A stretch of 63,165 nt of DNA, the filler included, from Octopus bimaculoides (taxonomy: Eukaryota), in assembly GCF_001194135.2 (NCBI RefSeq). It is 5 parts of 4 records of this genome, joined end to end, with 100 filler letters (N's around TTAATTAATTAA, not from the genome) between each part and the next. Parts side by side here need not be neighbours in the genome. Positions count along the whole stretch, not along the records: positions 22,081 to 46,370 come from NC_068990.1; 4 more parts are not named here. One strand, 5' to 3'. A program made the translations under genes and the position numbers. Positions 28,000 to 39,305 of the stretch are shown one piece after another. Under the pieces are notes generated by a model. The model did not search any database, had not been told where the DNA came from, and saw only the letters and a list, made by a program, of their open reading frames with translations. How positions within the stretch are numbered: position 1 is the first letter of the stretch; each line of letters begins with the position of its first letter.

Positions 28000-28610
28000 A
28001 TAGTGCTGGACACCATAACTCAGCAGCAGTCCTTAAAACAGACTGCATAGAAACGAAATATAAGTAGTACAAAGCTGAATAGAGGAGGTAAAGGAGTAGA
28101 TCTACTTGAAGCACACAATGAATATGTGCCAAGACATGGATGCTGAGATCTCAAGGAGAATAAGGCCAAGATGGAGGGGATTTACCTTGATAAAAGATGT
28201 GCTCAAAACAAAGCTGTACAAGACCCTTTGTGCCAGTCTCTTGAATAGTACTGTTCTACATGTGCTTTTATAGACAAGTGAGACATAGGCTACGACAAAG
28301 AGGGAAGAACATAGATTTGTAACAATACAAAGAGCCATAGAAAGATACAGGTTAGGAATATTGTGAGAGTATAAGCAATTCAAGAATGTGGCAGAGTGAA
28401 TGATGTGATTGCAGAATATCAAAAGCATAAGTTCCACTGGACTGGACAAATCAAAAGGTTTACAGACAACAGGTAAACATATGCAGTTGCTGAGTGTATC
28501 TGAGAGATCAGAAGAGGCTACTCAGAAAGCCTCCACGATGATGGGAAGACAATTTGGGCCAAGACGGAAAAGAATGATACAATCATCAAGACCAGTGGTG
28601 TTTAATAGCA
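28000..28610 (+). mobile_element. Old RTE-like LINE remnant (post-RT region)
   Basis: DVIAEYQKHKFHWTGQIKRFTDNR followed by decayed .PPR.WED, matching the W.W.GHV.R..D.RW...GRP..RW.D motif. Many stops. Confidence 0.6.
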
Positions 28611-28869
28611 GCCAATAGTCTGGTCAGTACAGGTAATACAGATGATTAAAGACTCATGAATATTTATCAATATTTATCAATGATAATGATGATGATACAT
28701 ATATATGCATACATACATATATATATTATACATACATGTATCAATTTTGTAATTAATTAATTACTTATCTAATCATCTCTATTTTCTTATATATACATAA
28801 TACATATATATATACAAACATATATATACATACATACATTCACTGACCACTACACATATTTTTTTCTCT

Positions 28870-29000
28870 CATTTCTTTCTGTCGAAGAGCGTAGGCTCGA
28901 AACGTTAAAGACTTTCTCTATTCCTGAGCGTTATACTAATACATCCATTTGTTGTTTACACCACCTGTCTTCGTCTGTTGTTTTTTCATCAATTCTCCCC
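28870..29000 (+). mobile_element. Penelope-like element terminal-repeat fragment with a minimal hammerhead-like motif
   Basis: TCTTT-CTGTCGAA-GAGC(GTAG)GCTC-GAAACGTT-AAAGA, followed by a T-rich tail. Confidence 0.55.
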
Positions 29001-29427
29001 TATATATATATATATGTATATATATAGATATACATACACATACACAAACACATCTATACACTTAATCCACAGCTAAAATATATATAGAATCTCAGTGTCT
29101 AATCAGGTACTGGTGCCTGATTAGACACTATGCATATTGCAGACAGAGGAATCAATCACTGCAATCTCTTGTCATGGATGTCTACCATTGACAAATCCAA
29201 TGGAGGCCAAAATCATGTGACCAGGTAGATCCGGGGCAGTAACATACAATTATCTCTCGCTAGTAATATAAACATGAGTGTTTATTTGCACCACAAGTCC
29301 ACATGAATGATTCTCTCATGATAAATAATGCAGTATTCTGTGTTCTAAAACAATATCTACTTTTAAGTGGGGATAAATATTACCTTTGATATTAATACTA
29401 ATTCTGTCACTATTAATTATTTGATCG

Positions 29428-29511
29428 CGGGCAAGTGTCTTCTACTATAGCCTCGGGCCAACCAAAGCCTTGTGAGTGGATTTGGTAGACGGAAACTGAA
29501 AGAAGCCCGTC

Positions 29512-29553
<42 letters not shown>

Positions 29554-29775
29554 GTGTGTCTATGTTTGTGTGTCTGTGTTTGTCCCCCCAACATCGCTTG
29601 ACAACCGATTTTGGTGTGTTTACGTCCCTGTCACTTAGCGGTTCGGCAAAGAGATTGATAGAATAAGTACTAGGCTTCCAAAGAATAAGTCCTGGGGTCG
29701 ATTTGCTCAACTAAAGGCGGTGCTGCAGCATGGCCACAGTCAAATGACTGAAACAAGTAAAAGAGTAAAGAGTAA
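29428..29775 (+). mobile_element. SINE family A, 5'-truncated
   Basis: GGGCAAGTGTCTTCTACTATAGCCTCGGGCC through CAAATGACTGAAACAAGTAAAAGAGTA. Confidence 0.88.
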
Positions 29776-29781
29776 CATATA

Positions 29782-31049
29782 TGAGGGTAAGTCAAAAGTT
29801 ATCTGCACTTTCACCATAAGAGATCTTCATTATTGTCACTCTGTCTCCTATGCATGCGTGCTTATAGTTGGTACTATTGTGGTCATGTGATCGAAGTTTG
29901 AGCCTGATTGGACCATTTGTCTTTCGGGTTTTACAGTGTAAGCATGGCCACTCCACTAACAATGTGCACCAAAGAAGAACAAAGTGCAGCGATCCGATTT
30001 CTCTGGTCGGGAGGTGTGTCAGGTGCTGAAATCCAGTGGAGGCTTTTAGCACAATATGGAGACAGTGCACTACTGTGTAGTGTGTATGAGTGGATCGAGA
30101 AGTTTAAAAGTGGCTGGACAAGCATGATGCATGGAAAGGGAGAAGGATGCCTGTCAATCTCCTCCACCGATGAGAAGATTCAGCAAGCTTGAGAGATGGT
30201 AATGGTGAACCGACAAGTTATTATTGGTGAGGTAGCTCATTCTCTGCAGATTGGTCATGGTTCTGCCAATCAAACCATCCATGATGAGCTCGGCTTCCAT
30301 AAAGTTTGTGCAAGATGGGTGCCGAGAAAGCTTACTGCAGAGAACAAGCACAAATGTCTTGAAGTCTCCCAATGTTTACTTGATCACTACAACAATGAAG
30401 GCATGGAATTTTTGAGCAGAATAATCACAGGAGATGAAATGTGGGTCCATCATTATGAGATGGAATCCAAAAGACAGAGTATGGAGTGGAAACATCTTGG
30501 CTCGCCAGCGATGAAGAAATTCAAGACTCAGTCTTCCGCAGGAAAGGTGATGCTAATCCATTTTTGGGACTCAAAAAGGAAGACTACTTGGAACTGGGGC
30601 GTACAACTAACAATGCTTTGCTGGCCAACAAATTGAAGCCAGCAATTCGCACCAAACACCGAAGCATATTGTCGAAGAAATTTTGCTGTTGCATGACAAT
30701 GCATGCATATACATAGCTGTCCAGACCATTGAAAACATTAACCAATTGGGTTTTGAGGTACTAGAACACTCTGCCTACAGCCAAGATCTTGCCTCTTCCA
30801 ACTATCATATCTTCAGACTGCTCAAAGATGGTTTACGTGGTTGTTGATTTTCTATGGATAAAGATGTGAAAGAAGTAGTGCATAAATAGTTGCATGACCA
30901 ACTGAAAACCTTAAGTTTGTGGACCACTGGACCAAGTGCATCGAAAAGGAAGGAGACTATACAGAAAAATGATGTACTTGTTTATCCCCTGCTTTTGTGT
31001 AAATACATTTGAAAAAACAAGAGTGCATATAATTTTTGACTCACCCTCA
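29782..31049 (+). mobile_element. Full-length decayed mariner (Tc1/mariner) transposon, about 1.27 kb
   Basis: 27-bp TIRs with 3 mismatches (TGAGGGTAAGTCAAAAGTTATCTGCAC / GTGCATATAATTTTTGACTCACCCTCA), flanked by TA. Transposase remnants: HTH (EEQSAAIRFLW..GVSGAEI), WVPRKL, TGDEMWVHHYE, decayed LLHDNA and HSAYSQDLA. Stops and frameshifts are present. Confidence 0.92.
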
Positions 31050-31060
31050 TATATAATATA

Positions 31061-31907
31061 CAGGGTGTTCAGACTAAGCTTGATGAATTTTTATATCTCC
31101 TTTTTCAAGAACAGTTTGACGTTTTGGTAAACAGTTAACAATATTGGAGACCATAAAGATTACAGTTGTCATCATCATTTAACATCTGCTTTCCTTGCTG
31201 GTATGGGTTAGATGATTTGACTGGAACTGGTAAGCCGTAGGCATGCACCAGGTCCTAAACTTGGGCTTGGTTTCTACGGTTGGATTCCCTTCCTAACAAC
31301 AATCACTCCAAGAGTTAATGGGCACTTTTTATGTGCCACTGACATGGGTGCCATTTATCTGACACCAGCAACAGCCATGATTATGATTTCACGGGTGCCA
31401 TGTACATGACACAGGCAACAACTAGTTTCACTTGGCTTGATGAATCTTCTCAAGCACAGCATATCACCAAAGGTCTTGGTCACTTGTCATCGTCTCCATG
31501 AGGCCTAACATTCAAAGATCATGCTACCGGCAATGGCCACAATTACAATTTCAGGGGTGCCATTCACATGACACAGTTATAGTTAAGAAAAATTTGACAC
31601 AGAGGACTGTAAGCCATCTGAATATAGAAAAACAGTTACCTGTATCATGATGATTTACACCAGGTATCAAAATGCCAACATCATGACTGTAGCACAATGT
31701 TCTGTAAAAACTGTAAGACACAGCTGCGATGGACATTATGTAACCATGGCCAGCAGGAAAGGACACAACAGGTGTTCTGACTGTGTCCACATGCAGCTAC
31801 TTCTCCTAGACTTAATCTAGTTGATATTTTAAAATAATTTTAGTTTTGGATGGGATAATTTTTTTCTTTTCCTTTTATGCAAAGTCAAATTTAACTTGAA
31901 CACCCTC
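31061..31907. mobile_element. Degenerate non-autonomous Tc1/mariner-type element with a nested retroposon tail
   Basis: TA|CAGGGTGTTCAGACTAAGCTTGA at the left and TCAAATTTAACTTGAACACCCTC|TA at the right (17 of 23 matches as inverted repeats). Confidence 0.45.
31147..31560 (-). mobile_element. RTE-type 3' tail / SINE fragment
   Basis: Reverse-complement similarity to 22081-22282 (CATCATCATTTAACATCTGCTTTCC..ATGGGTTAGATGATTTGACTG). Confidence 0.6.
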
Positions 31908-33899
31908 TATATAACATTATATATATATATATGTGACTGTGGATTTTCATGGATGAGTTCATGAACTTTGGTTCTTTTCTCTAAATTATATATATGATAT
32001 ATAAATATATCATCATTTAACATCTGCCTTCCATGGGTGATATAATATAATTAAGTATCTGGTTAAATTATGAAAGTAGAAGAGAATGTTTCCTCCAAAG
32101 ATGGAACAGATTACCACTAAAATGCTGGTTGCAGAGAACTGCACCATCTACACATCTATTCTCAAACAAGATGTTAGGGACTGCCTGCACATTTTCTTAT
32201 CCAGGTTTGGACTTTATCTTTGATGACCTGCCTCAACCCACTACCAATATGAACAATATAGGACTTACCTTATAACTAATCCAGGAGTAACCATATATCA
32301 CAATCATTATGAACAGTCTTCAACTGATCTCATTGATAGCTTCTGATTTAATCTCTTGTAACATTCTACCTTCAAGTTGTAAAGGTATGTCATAATCTAA
32401 CCAGACACCAGTTGTTTACCTGTCAACACCATTATTCTATTATGCATGTACTAGCTTGATTGAAACATGGCCTATAGCCAATCATCATTTAAGTGGGTAT
32501 AACATCCCTGCATTTTTAGTTGCAATTCAAGTAGGAGTTTGTGCAGGAAGTCAGCCCGAGTACAAATTATGTGCATCTATAGTCTTACATCATCAAATGT
32601 AATGTTACCTAACATTTAATACTATAAGGAATATATTGTTCTACAATGCAGACTTTATAAATTTTTCTTCTCAGAAACTTTTTGTTTACTTTCCATGACT
32701 TGTCAATTTGCAGTTAGTCTGACATATATCTTTTTTTTTTTTAAAGAAATGACATTTTTTTTTTACAAAAGTTAACTAAATGAAGCTGTAGGACATTTAA
32801 TTATTCATTTCCTAGCATTTACTTATTTATCTCACTCTAGATTTGGTAAATACCCACCTTCATTTTCAATCCTGCACTTGTAATATCCTTGTAGCATAAG
32901 ATTATCAAAGATGTTTGTAAATGGTTCTTACATTTTACCACAACTCTGTGATATGCACATACAACCAGAACCAAACTGAATATGCATCCCACCCCCACTT
33001 TTTATTTTTTTCAGATTTAAATGTTTCAACAATGGAGATATGATTTTGCATGAAAAACAACTTTTCAAAATTTTTCAATCCCCACTTCATAATTATTCAT
33101 CTTTAACTTTTTATAAATTCTTTAAAAAAATTTTTCCTGTGAACTAAATTTGCATAACCTGTTGAGTACTTCCACGCAGTGAGAAACGAAAACTGAGGAG
33201 GCGTTACAATTGTCAGTTTAAAAAATGTCAATGTATCGTTTCTCATAAGAAGGCCAACCATATATCCCCATTTGAATCTGTGAAGATTGAAACGGTATGA
33301 AGGAGTTGAAACTTTCAAAACTTATTCTAACACCAAGACAAAGAAAGCAGAATTATATGAATGAACACTACTTCCTCGTTATTGTCTAATATTTTGGTGA
33401 TGGTTGGGGAATAAGAATAAATGTGCTGATCTATTCCTTATTTATTCAGGGGCATGTAATATTTCGACATTCAGAGAGGGGACGATTTTAAAAAAGGTAA
33501 ATGGGACCAGAAATCAAGTAATCTCTAGTTTTGTTTGATGGACAAAGTAGGAGCTATTTCGTTTTGTAATCCAGAGAACGTATTTAAGTTCGCCATAATA
33601 AAATGAAAGTAAAATAATGATGTACTCGACTAAATCCGGCAATGAAATAAATGTGGGATGGGAACTGAACTGAGAGAGAACGGAATTATGTCGTACGTGA
33701 CATTTGTATTAATAAGATGAACATTGAAAAAGCATTTTGCATTGTTGGGAATTGATTCATAATTCAGCGATATGCTGTAATGAACCAAATGCATTTAGTG
33801 AAGTGGATTATGTCCTATGCTTTCTTTCATTTTACAAGACTAGAAGTGCATGGACTGAGGGAGATTTAGCTTTTATTTCTAGCATACAGAACGAACAAG

Positions 33900-34030
33900 T
33901 AACTTGGCCTTTCTTACGTCGTCTGCTTTATAAGCAGACCTCCACGCACGCGCAAATCATTGGACGAGTTTAAAAACTTCCGGAAGGTTGGTGTCGGGAC
34001 AGACGTGGGTGATGTCCGTCGATGATCTTT
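33900..34030 (-). promoter_or_regulatory. Orphan promoter-like motif cluster (ETS palindrome, CCAAT, TATA, CRE-like)
   Basis: CTTCCGGAAG at 33977-33986, ATTGG at 33959-33963, minus-strand TATAAAG centred in the palindrome GTCTGCTT-TAT-AAGCAGAC (33921-33939), and TTACGTC at 33914-33920. The stretch is CpG-rich in an AT-rich background. Confidence 0.35.
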
Positions 34031-34294
34031 CAATGAAATAAAATCGGAAATATGCAAAAATAAATTTATCTATCCTCTCATTAAGAGAAACATAATCGTG
34101 AATGCTTAAAAGTGGGTTATTAAACATTTCTGTTTTCATTTCTCAACAAAATCATTTAATTAACTTATGAACGGAGTTTCATACAAAATAAAACATTTCT
34201 CATTTCTCTTTCTGTAAACTTTCAAATAAAGAATTTTTTTTTCTACGAAATTTGGTCAATTTTCAGTAGATTTTACATGCATTTTATTCTTATA

Positions 34295-34662
34295 GGAATG
34301 TTTTATTTTCTATAAATATTTTCTTCATAATGTAAATAAATGATAGATACTACGAAATGAAAACAAGTATCTACCAATGACACTTCATAACATACTTTTA
34401 AAACATTATTCGTTTCGCTTACTCAAGATAGCCGAGCCAAATATAGTTTTGTACATACCCAATCTCATTTCATTTTATTTTTAAAGGAAATGTTTTATTT
34501 TCTATGACGCTACCTTCATAATGTAAATAAATGATGATACTAAGAAATGAAAACAAGTATCTAACAATGATATTTCATAACATACCTTTTAAGCATTATT
34601 CGTTTCGCTTCCTCAAGCCAAATATAGTTTTGTACATACCCAATCTCATTTCCTTTTATTTT
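34295..34662. repeat. Tandem duplication of about 190 bp downstream of headcase
   Basis: Units start at about 34295 and 34486 and share CTTCATAATGTAAATAAATGAT..GAAATGAAAACAAGTATCTA..CATTATTCGTTTCGCTT..GCCAAATATAGTTTTGTACATACCCAATCTCATTTC. Confidence 0.9.
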
Positions 34663-35213
34663 CAATCCCGCACTTAACACGTCCCCAAAAGATTCGCAGT
34701 TTTAAAGCGTAGAAATGGAAGGGGGGGGGGAAATCATTCAAAAAAAGTTCAAAACAAAACATTTGCGGGGAGGGAAATTGAAATTTTGAACAGTTGTTTT
34801 TTTCGAGCAAAATCATAATCTCCGTTGTTAGAAACATTCGAATCTGTATAAATTTTTTGATTAAAAACAAAACAAGAAAAGGGCGGGGTGCCTTATTGGA
34901 CACGTCCGCCCTACATTGTTTTGTCTTGATTTCTTCATCACGACATTTTAGCATGGCAACATGGTGGAAAAAGCTGTAAGAACTGAGATAGGAACTAATA
35001 CTGTACACAATTATATATTCTTCTCATGCACAATTATATATTTTTCAGTGCATGTCAAAAAAAGGTTATAGCTTTAAAAAAAATATAAGAAACATTTAGA
35101 ATGATATTCTTAATTACGTTAAAAATGTGTCCGTAATAATTATGGGATGGAAAAATGTTTGTTGCGTATTTTTTTAAATACGGAAAGTTTCGACAAAAAT
35201 TTTATGTTTTTTT

Positions 35214-36716
35214 TTAGTTCCATATAGGTGTTTTAACCAAAAATATTTCATGTAATGGCCTTATAAAGTGATAGTCTTTGATTTTACAGTATGGACATTC
35301 TATTATATGGCTGTACTCACTGTAGTAAGGTAAACCCGTAGTAACATCGACCACAGCTCTGCAACAGTGCCTGCATGTTAAACGTTTCGGACAGCACGGC
35401 ATAGCAGCAAAAATGTCGTAAGAGTACATGGTACCTAATAAAAGTGTACTCCCATCCCACCTTTTCTTGCAGGCTGAGCATCGTATATCTGTCTTGCCTT
35501 CCAAACAATGAATACAGACGGCGTTAAGATATTGAGGTTTCCCATCAAAAACAACTTGAATTTGGTGATGTTGATAGTTGGTGTCAGTCGAATCTCCACC
35601 GATGCTATTTACATGGGTTGTCTCTTTCACCGTATTTTTTTGGTAGGGTTCTGGAGAGAGAAACAGAGTTCCATCTATGAGTGGATAACGATCGAAGACG
35701 GGTAGTTCACATCTGCAGAGCACGCATGGTAAGGATCCCATTTTGTGGATGCTAAGAGTTGACAGCACGAAGATCCTTGTATCATCGTTTCCATGCGAGC
35801 ATTCGTCCTCCATCTTTATATAATACGGGTTTTGTTTATAACGACGCAAATTTTTAAAAGCAGACAAGTCATTTCTTCGTTTAAATATGCTTCCACTAAC
35901 CTCATTGCCAGTGCTATATCCACCACTGCCACATATAGTGTTTCCAGCAACTACAGAATCTCCGTTTTCAGGCTTGTTTTTCTTTAACTGATTATTTACA
36001 TTGTTAGTCTGAGATGGTGATCCAGCTGGAGTGGTCGGAGAACTCGATAAATAGTTGTTTGGCGGACTGGAGCCAGTACTAATACTGTTGGTTCTAAGTC
36101 GGCTACCGTGTGTGTTAGAGTTATGGTTCGGATTCATCCCGCTTTTACTGGTCATTACAGCAATAGGTTTGTCGTTTTTCTTTTTATGTTTGCGATTCTT
36201 CTTGGCGTTGTCATTCTGCGGTGGCGGGATGTAGTTGAGGTCTTTGCGCAGGTGACCACGGCTGCATCTACAGTCACAGGCTTTGAAAGCCAAATCATAG
36301 CCTTTTTTGGTCCAGAGGTTTTGCAGCCTCTGCTTCTCGCTCCAGCTGCGGGCTCGACCGCATGATCGAAGGTAGGCCAACACTCCTTGCTCCCATGTTT
36401 CAAAACAGAGTTTGTGCATCCACTGACCAACGGTGCAGTTTTCATTATTGCACACAACTCTAACTGCATCGCACGGGTCGGAAGGGTCTATTAAATCCTT
36501 AATGTCGCTGCATCCGTGAGGCACACAACATTGGTTGCTGGTGCTTTGATTGTCGTTGGCGCCCTGGCCTTGTTGTTGGTTGTTGTAATTGTTGTTGTGC
36601 TGTTGACCTCCTCCGCCCAATCCGATATCCTGCTGATACTGTTGTTGTTCGTCAACATTGTTATTGTGTTCGTCCTCACGTGTGCGGTTATGGCGGTTGT
36701 GCTTGTGGGCTGGCAT
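35214..36716 (-). CDS. HECA: Headcase (HECA) protein homolog, 500 aa, uninterrupted ORF
   Basis: This is the only long high-complexity ORF. It has the N-terminal HECA motif (CCVP..C; VRVVCNNENC; WMH..CFETWE; RARSWSEKQRLQNLWTKKGYDLAFKACDCRCSRGHLRKDL) and the C-terminal Headcase domain (FVLSTLS; CVLC; LPVFDRYPLIDGTLFLSP; YLNAVCIHCLEG; C..CKKRWDGSTLLLGTMYSYDIFAAMPCC; CPYC..KDYHF). ATG at 36716, TAA at 35216-35214. Confidence 0.93.
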   Translation of the reverse strand: MPAHKHNRHNRTREDEHNNNVDEQQQYQQDIGLGGGGQQHNNNYNNQQQGQGANDNQSTSNQCCVPHGCSDIKDLIDPSDPCDAVRVVCNNENCTVGQWMHKLCFETWEQGVLAYLRSCGRARSWSEKQRLQNLWTKKGYDLAFKACDCRCSRGHLRKDLNYIPPPQNDNAKKNRKHKKKNDKPIAVMTSKSGMNPNHNSNTHGSRLRTNSISTGSSPPNNYLSSSPTTPAGSPSQTNNVNNQLKKNKPENGDSVVAGNTICGSGGYSTGNEVSGSIFKRRNDLSAFKNLRRYKQNPYYIKMEDECSHGNDDTRIFVLSTLSIHKMGSLPCVLCRCELPVFDRYPLIDGTLFLSPEPYQKNTVKETTHVNSIGGDSTDTNYQHHQIQVVFDGKPQYLNAVCIHCLEGKTDIRCSACKKRWDGSTLLLGTMYSYDIFAAMPCCPKRLTCRHCCRAVVDVTTGLPYYSEYSHIIECPYCKIKDYHFIRPLHEIFLVKTPIWN

Positions 36717-37519
36717 TACGCGATGGAAGGGATTAGTGAAATGTCTGTGTTAAGTCTTAATTATTTTGGTTTCTGATTCCTGTTTTAACAAAGGACTGCC
36801 ACCACCATTGCAACCAATTACCACCACCATTAATGATGCTCAAACCTCAATACAATCCACACCCACACATTACACAACTTTGTCTCCAGAGTTCTTTACA
36901 AAAGCAAAAAAAAAAAAAAATAATAATAAATAAATAAATGAAATAAAAGGGAGATAGAAGAAGGAAAGAGAATGTTGTGGTCGAATCAAAACAGTGTCGT
37001 TGTTTACAAAATATTTAAAGCACGGGTCGATGTAAATTAATAATAAAATTCAATTTACAATGTATTTGCGAAGGAACTGCAAGTGTCATGTGTGTGTAGA
37101 TGTACATGTGTGTGTGTGTGTGTTTACACGTAAAACTTGTTTTTAAAGTACACCGAAACACGGCTCCAATGAGAGGAATCTGGTAAAAATAGTCATAATA
37201 GAAGGTAGTGAGGTGACAATGCAATAAGGATGCTGGGTAGTAGGGGCGAGAGATCGTTTCCAAATAGATTTCAATATACGTTTTGTTTTTGTTTTTTCAA
37301 ATTACTTTACGAAATGGAAACCAAAATATCATTCTCCGTACATCATAGTAGTTTTCCTTCGATGAGGATTGAATGTAAGAAGATACAAAATAATAAAGCT
37401 GGTAGTGTATGCCTTGTTCACCCGTATTATTTCCCCATCTTGGTAACTTGATTCGCTGCAACGTTTGTAGATCGCTGTTGATATAAGAGAAGAAGGAGTA
37501 GTAGTTGTAGCAGTAGAAG

Positions 37520-37740
37520 TGGCATATGACAATACGTCTCAAACCACGCCTCCTCGGGTAACTGTCTCCGCTTCCCATTGGTCAAATTATTTCCTTGTTA
37601 TTGCTTTATTTTTATGGTGTGCATTTTTGTGTTTTTTTTTACAATCTATGATTGACACAGTAACCTCGGTCGTGGCGCGTGCGTGATGAGTAAATTATGT
37701 TTAAAATGTTTTCACACGCGCACGTAAACACATTTTGGAC
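37520..37740 (-). promoter_or_regulatory. Putative headcase promoter region
   Basis: Locally CpG-rich (GGCGCGTGCG, CACGCGCACG) with a minus-strand CCAAT (ATTGG at 37577-37581), 0.8-1 kb upstream of the headcase ATG. Confidence 0.35.
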
Positions 37741-39305
37741 ACAAAAATGTATGCATATACGTAGAAATCTGTATTTTTATACTTTTATAGAGGATCTTGC
37801 GTGTAATCTGCACTTTAATAAATATAGCGATTTGAAGTCCTACGACTAAGAGATTAATCATGCAATTAATAAACAAAAACTATCTCGGCGATCAGTGAAA
37901 GAGAAACAATTCGGAGACATGCAAAAATTGATTTGGGTATCCTGAGTAAGCGGAACGAATATGTTAAGGCTTAGAAGTCACTAAATATGTTTAATAACCC
38001 GTTGATATTTTATTATTATATATATATATTTGTTTATTTAAAGATTTAACTTTTTTCATTGCTATAACTTCAATGATGAAGTTGTTGAATAACTTCGAAA
38101 GGCCTACAAATAAAATTATAATTATATCGTCACACTTCTATAAACACGTTACAAATTGGTTATGCCGTTAAGAATAATAATAGGAATGATCACCCATGAA
38201 CAACAACAACAACAACAACAATAATAATAATAATAAAACTGGAAACATTCCTAAGACATCTTAAAAATAAATTTGAAAGTATTTAACCAAAAGGAACATT
38301 AGTATATTTTCCTTGATTAATTTAATGACTTATAAGTATGTATATATTTCTTTCGCTTACTCGAAATACCCAAGTCTAATTTTGTATTTCACTAAATTGT
38401 TTTGATTTATCCACCTAAAACCAGAGCCCGCCACTTTGGCAAAGAAAAGGTGTACTTTAAAGGTAGATAACTCCAATAAATCAATTGAAATTAAAGAAAA
38501 TAGAGAAAATGTTGCTTTTTAGAAGCAATGGACATAGGATCTTTTCGGTTTGAAATGCCTCATCCAATTTTATTGAACATTTCTACTCAGATGTAACTTT
38601 TCGTGCCAATTACAAAAATCACATTCAATTTTGGAGAAAACAAAAAAGTTATGCTTCTGCAAAGCTTGAATTCTTTCTTCTAATTTTAGCCAATCAGATT
38701 TATTCATTCTTGATAACGTTATTTGTATATGCCCCCTTAACAACCAATGGGAACCATCTTGGGACAAGGGTTAGGGTTACAGTTAGGGTTTGTAGTGTAT
38801 TACAAAATTTCAGTCAAAACGTGAATTTGTTGTCTTCTCTCATTTTCATTAAATCATCATAATCATCATCATTGGTGTCGTCGTCGTTTTAACGTCCACT
38901 TTTTCATGTTTGCATGGATCAAACGGAATTTATTGAAGCAGGTTTTTCTATAGCTTGGTGCCCTCCCTATCACCAGCTTCCATCTGTTTCCAAGAAAGGT
39001 AATATTTCGTTATGGGTGGCTGTATTTTCATGGCTGTTTGTGTCATTGTGGTGCTCATTTACATCTTGCCTTGTGTCAAGACAAGGAAACAAAAATGTGC
39101 ACAACATGCACACAAATATATGTCATTGTCACTGTCGTGCAACTGGTGTCTTTTGTTTCCAATCTTTCATGGAAACATGTTTGGACATGGGAAAATAATC
39201 CGTTACCTGGAAACAGGCAAGGGTTGGTGACAGGAATGATAGCCAATTGTAGAAAATCTGTCTCAACAAATTCCATCTGATCTATGGAAAAATGGATGAT
39301 GATAT

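Noticed and set aside
35202-35216. Conserved stop-codon readthrough of headcase (Drosophila hdc reads through a UAA)
   Set aside because: The stop is UAA, but it is followed by AAA AAA ACA and a second in-frame TAA, so readthrough would add only about 4 residues. There is no extension ORF.
35317-36776. Several short ORFs overlapping headcase in other frames or antisense
   Set aside because: They are shadows of the real CDS (hydrophobic V/L-rich antisense of CAA/AAC codons) with no independent evidence.
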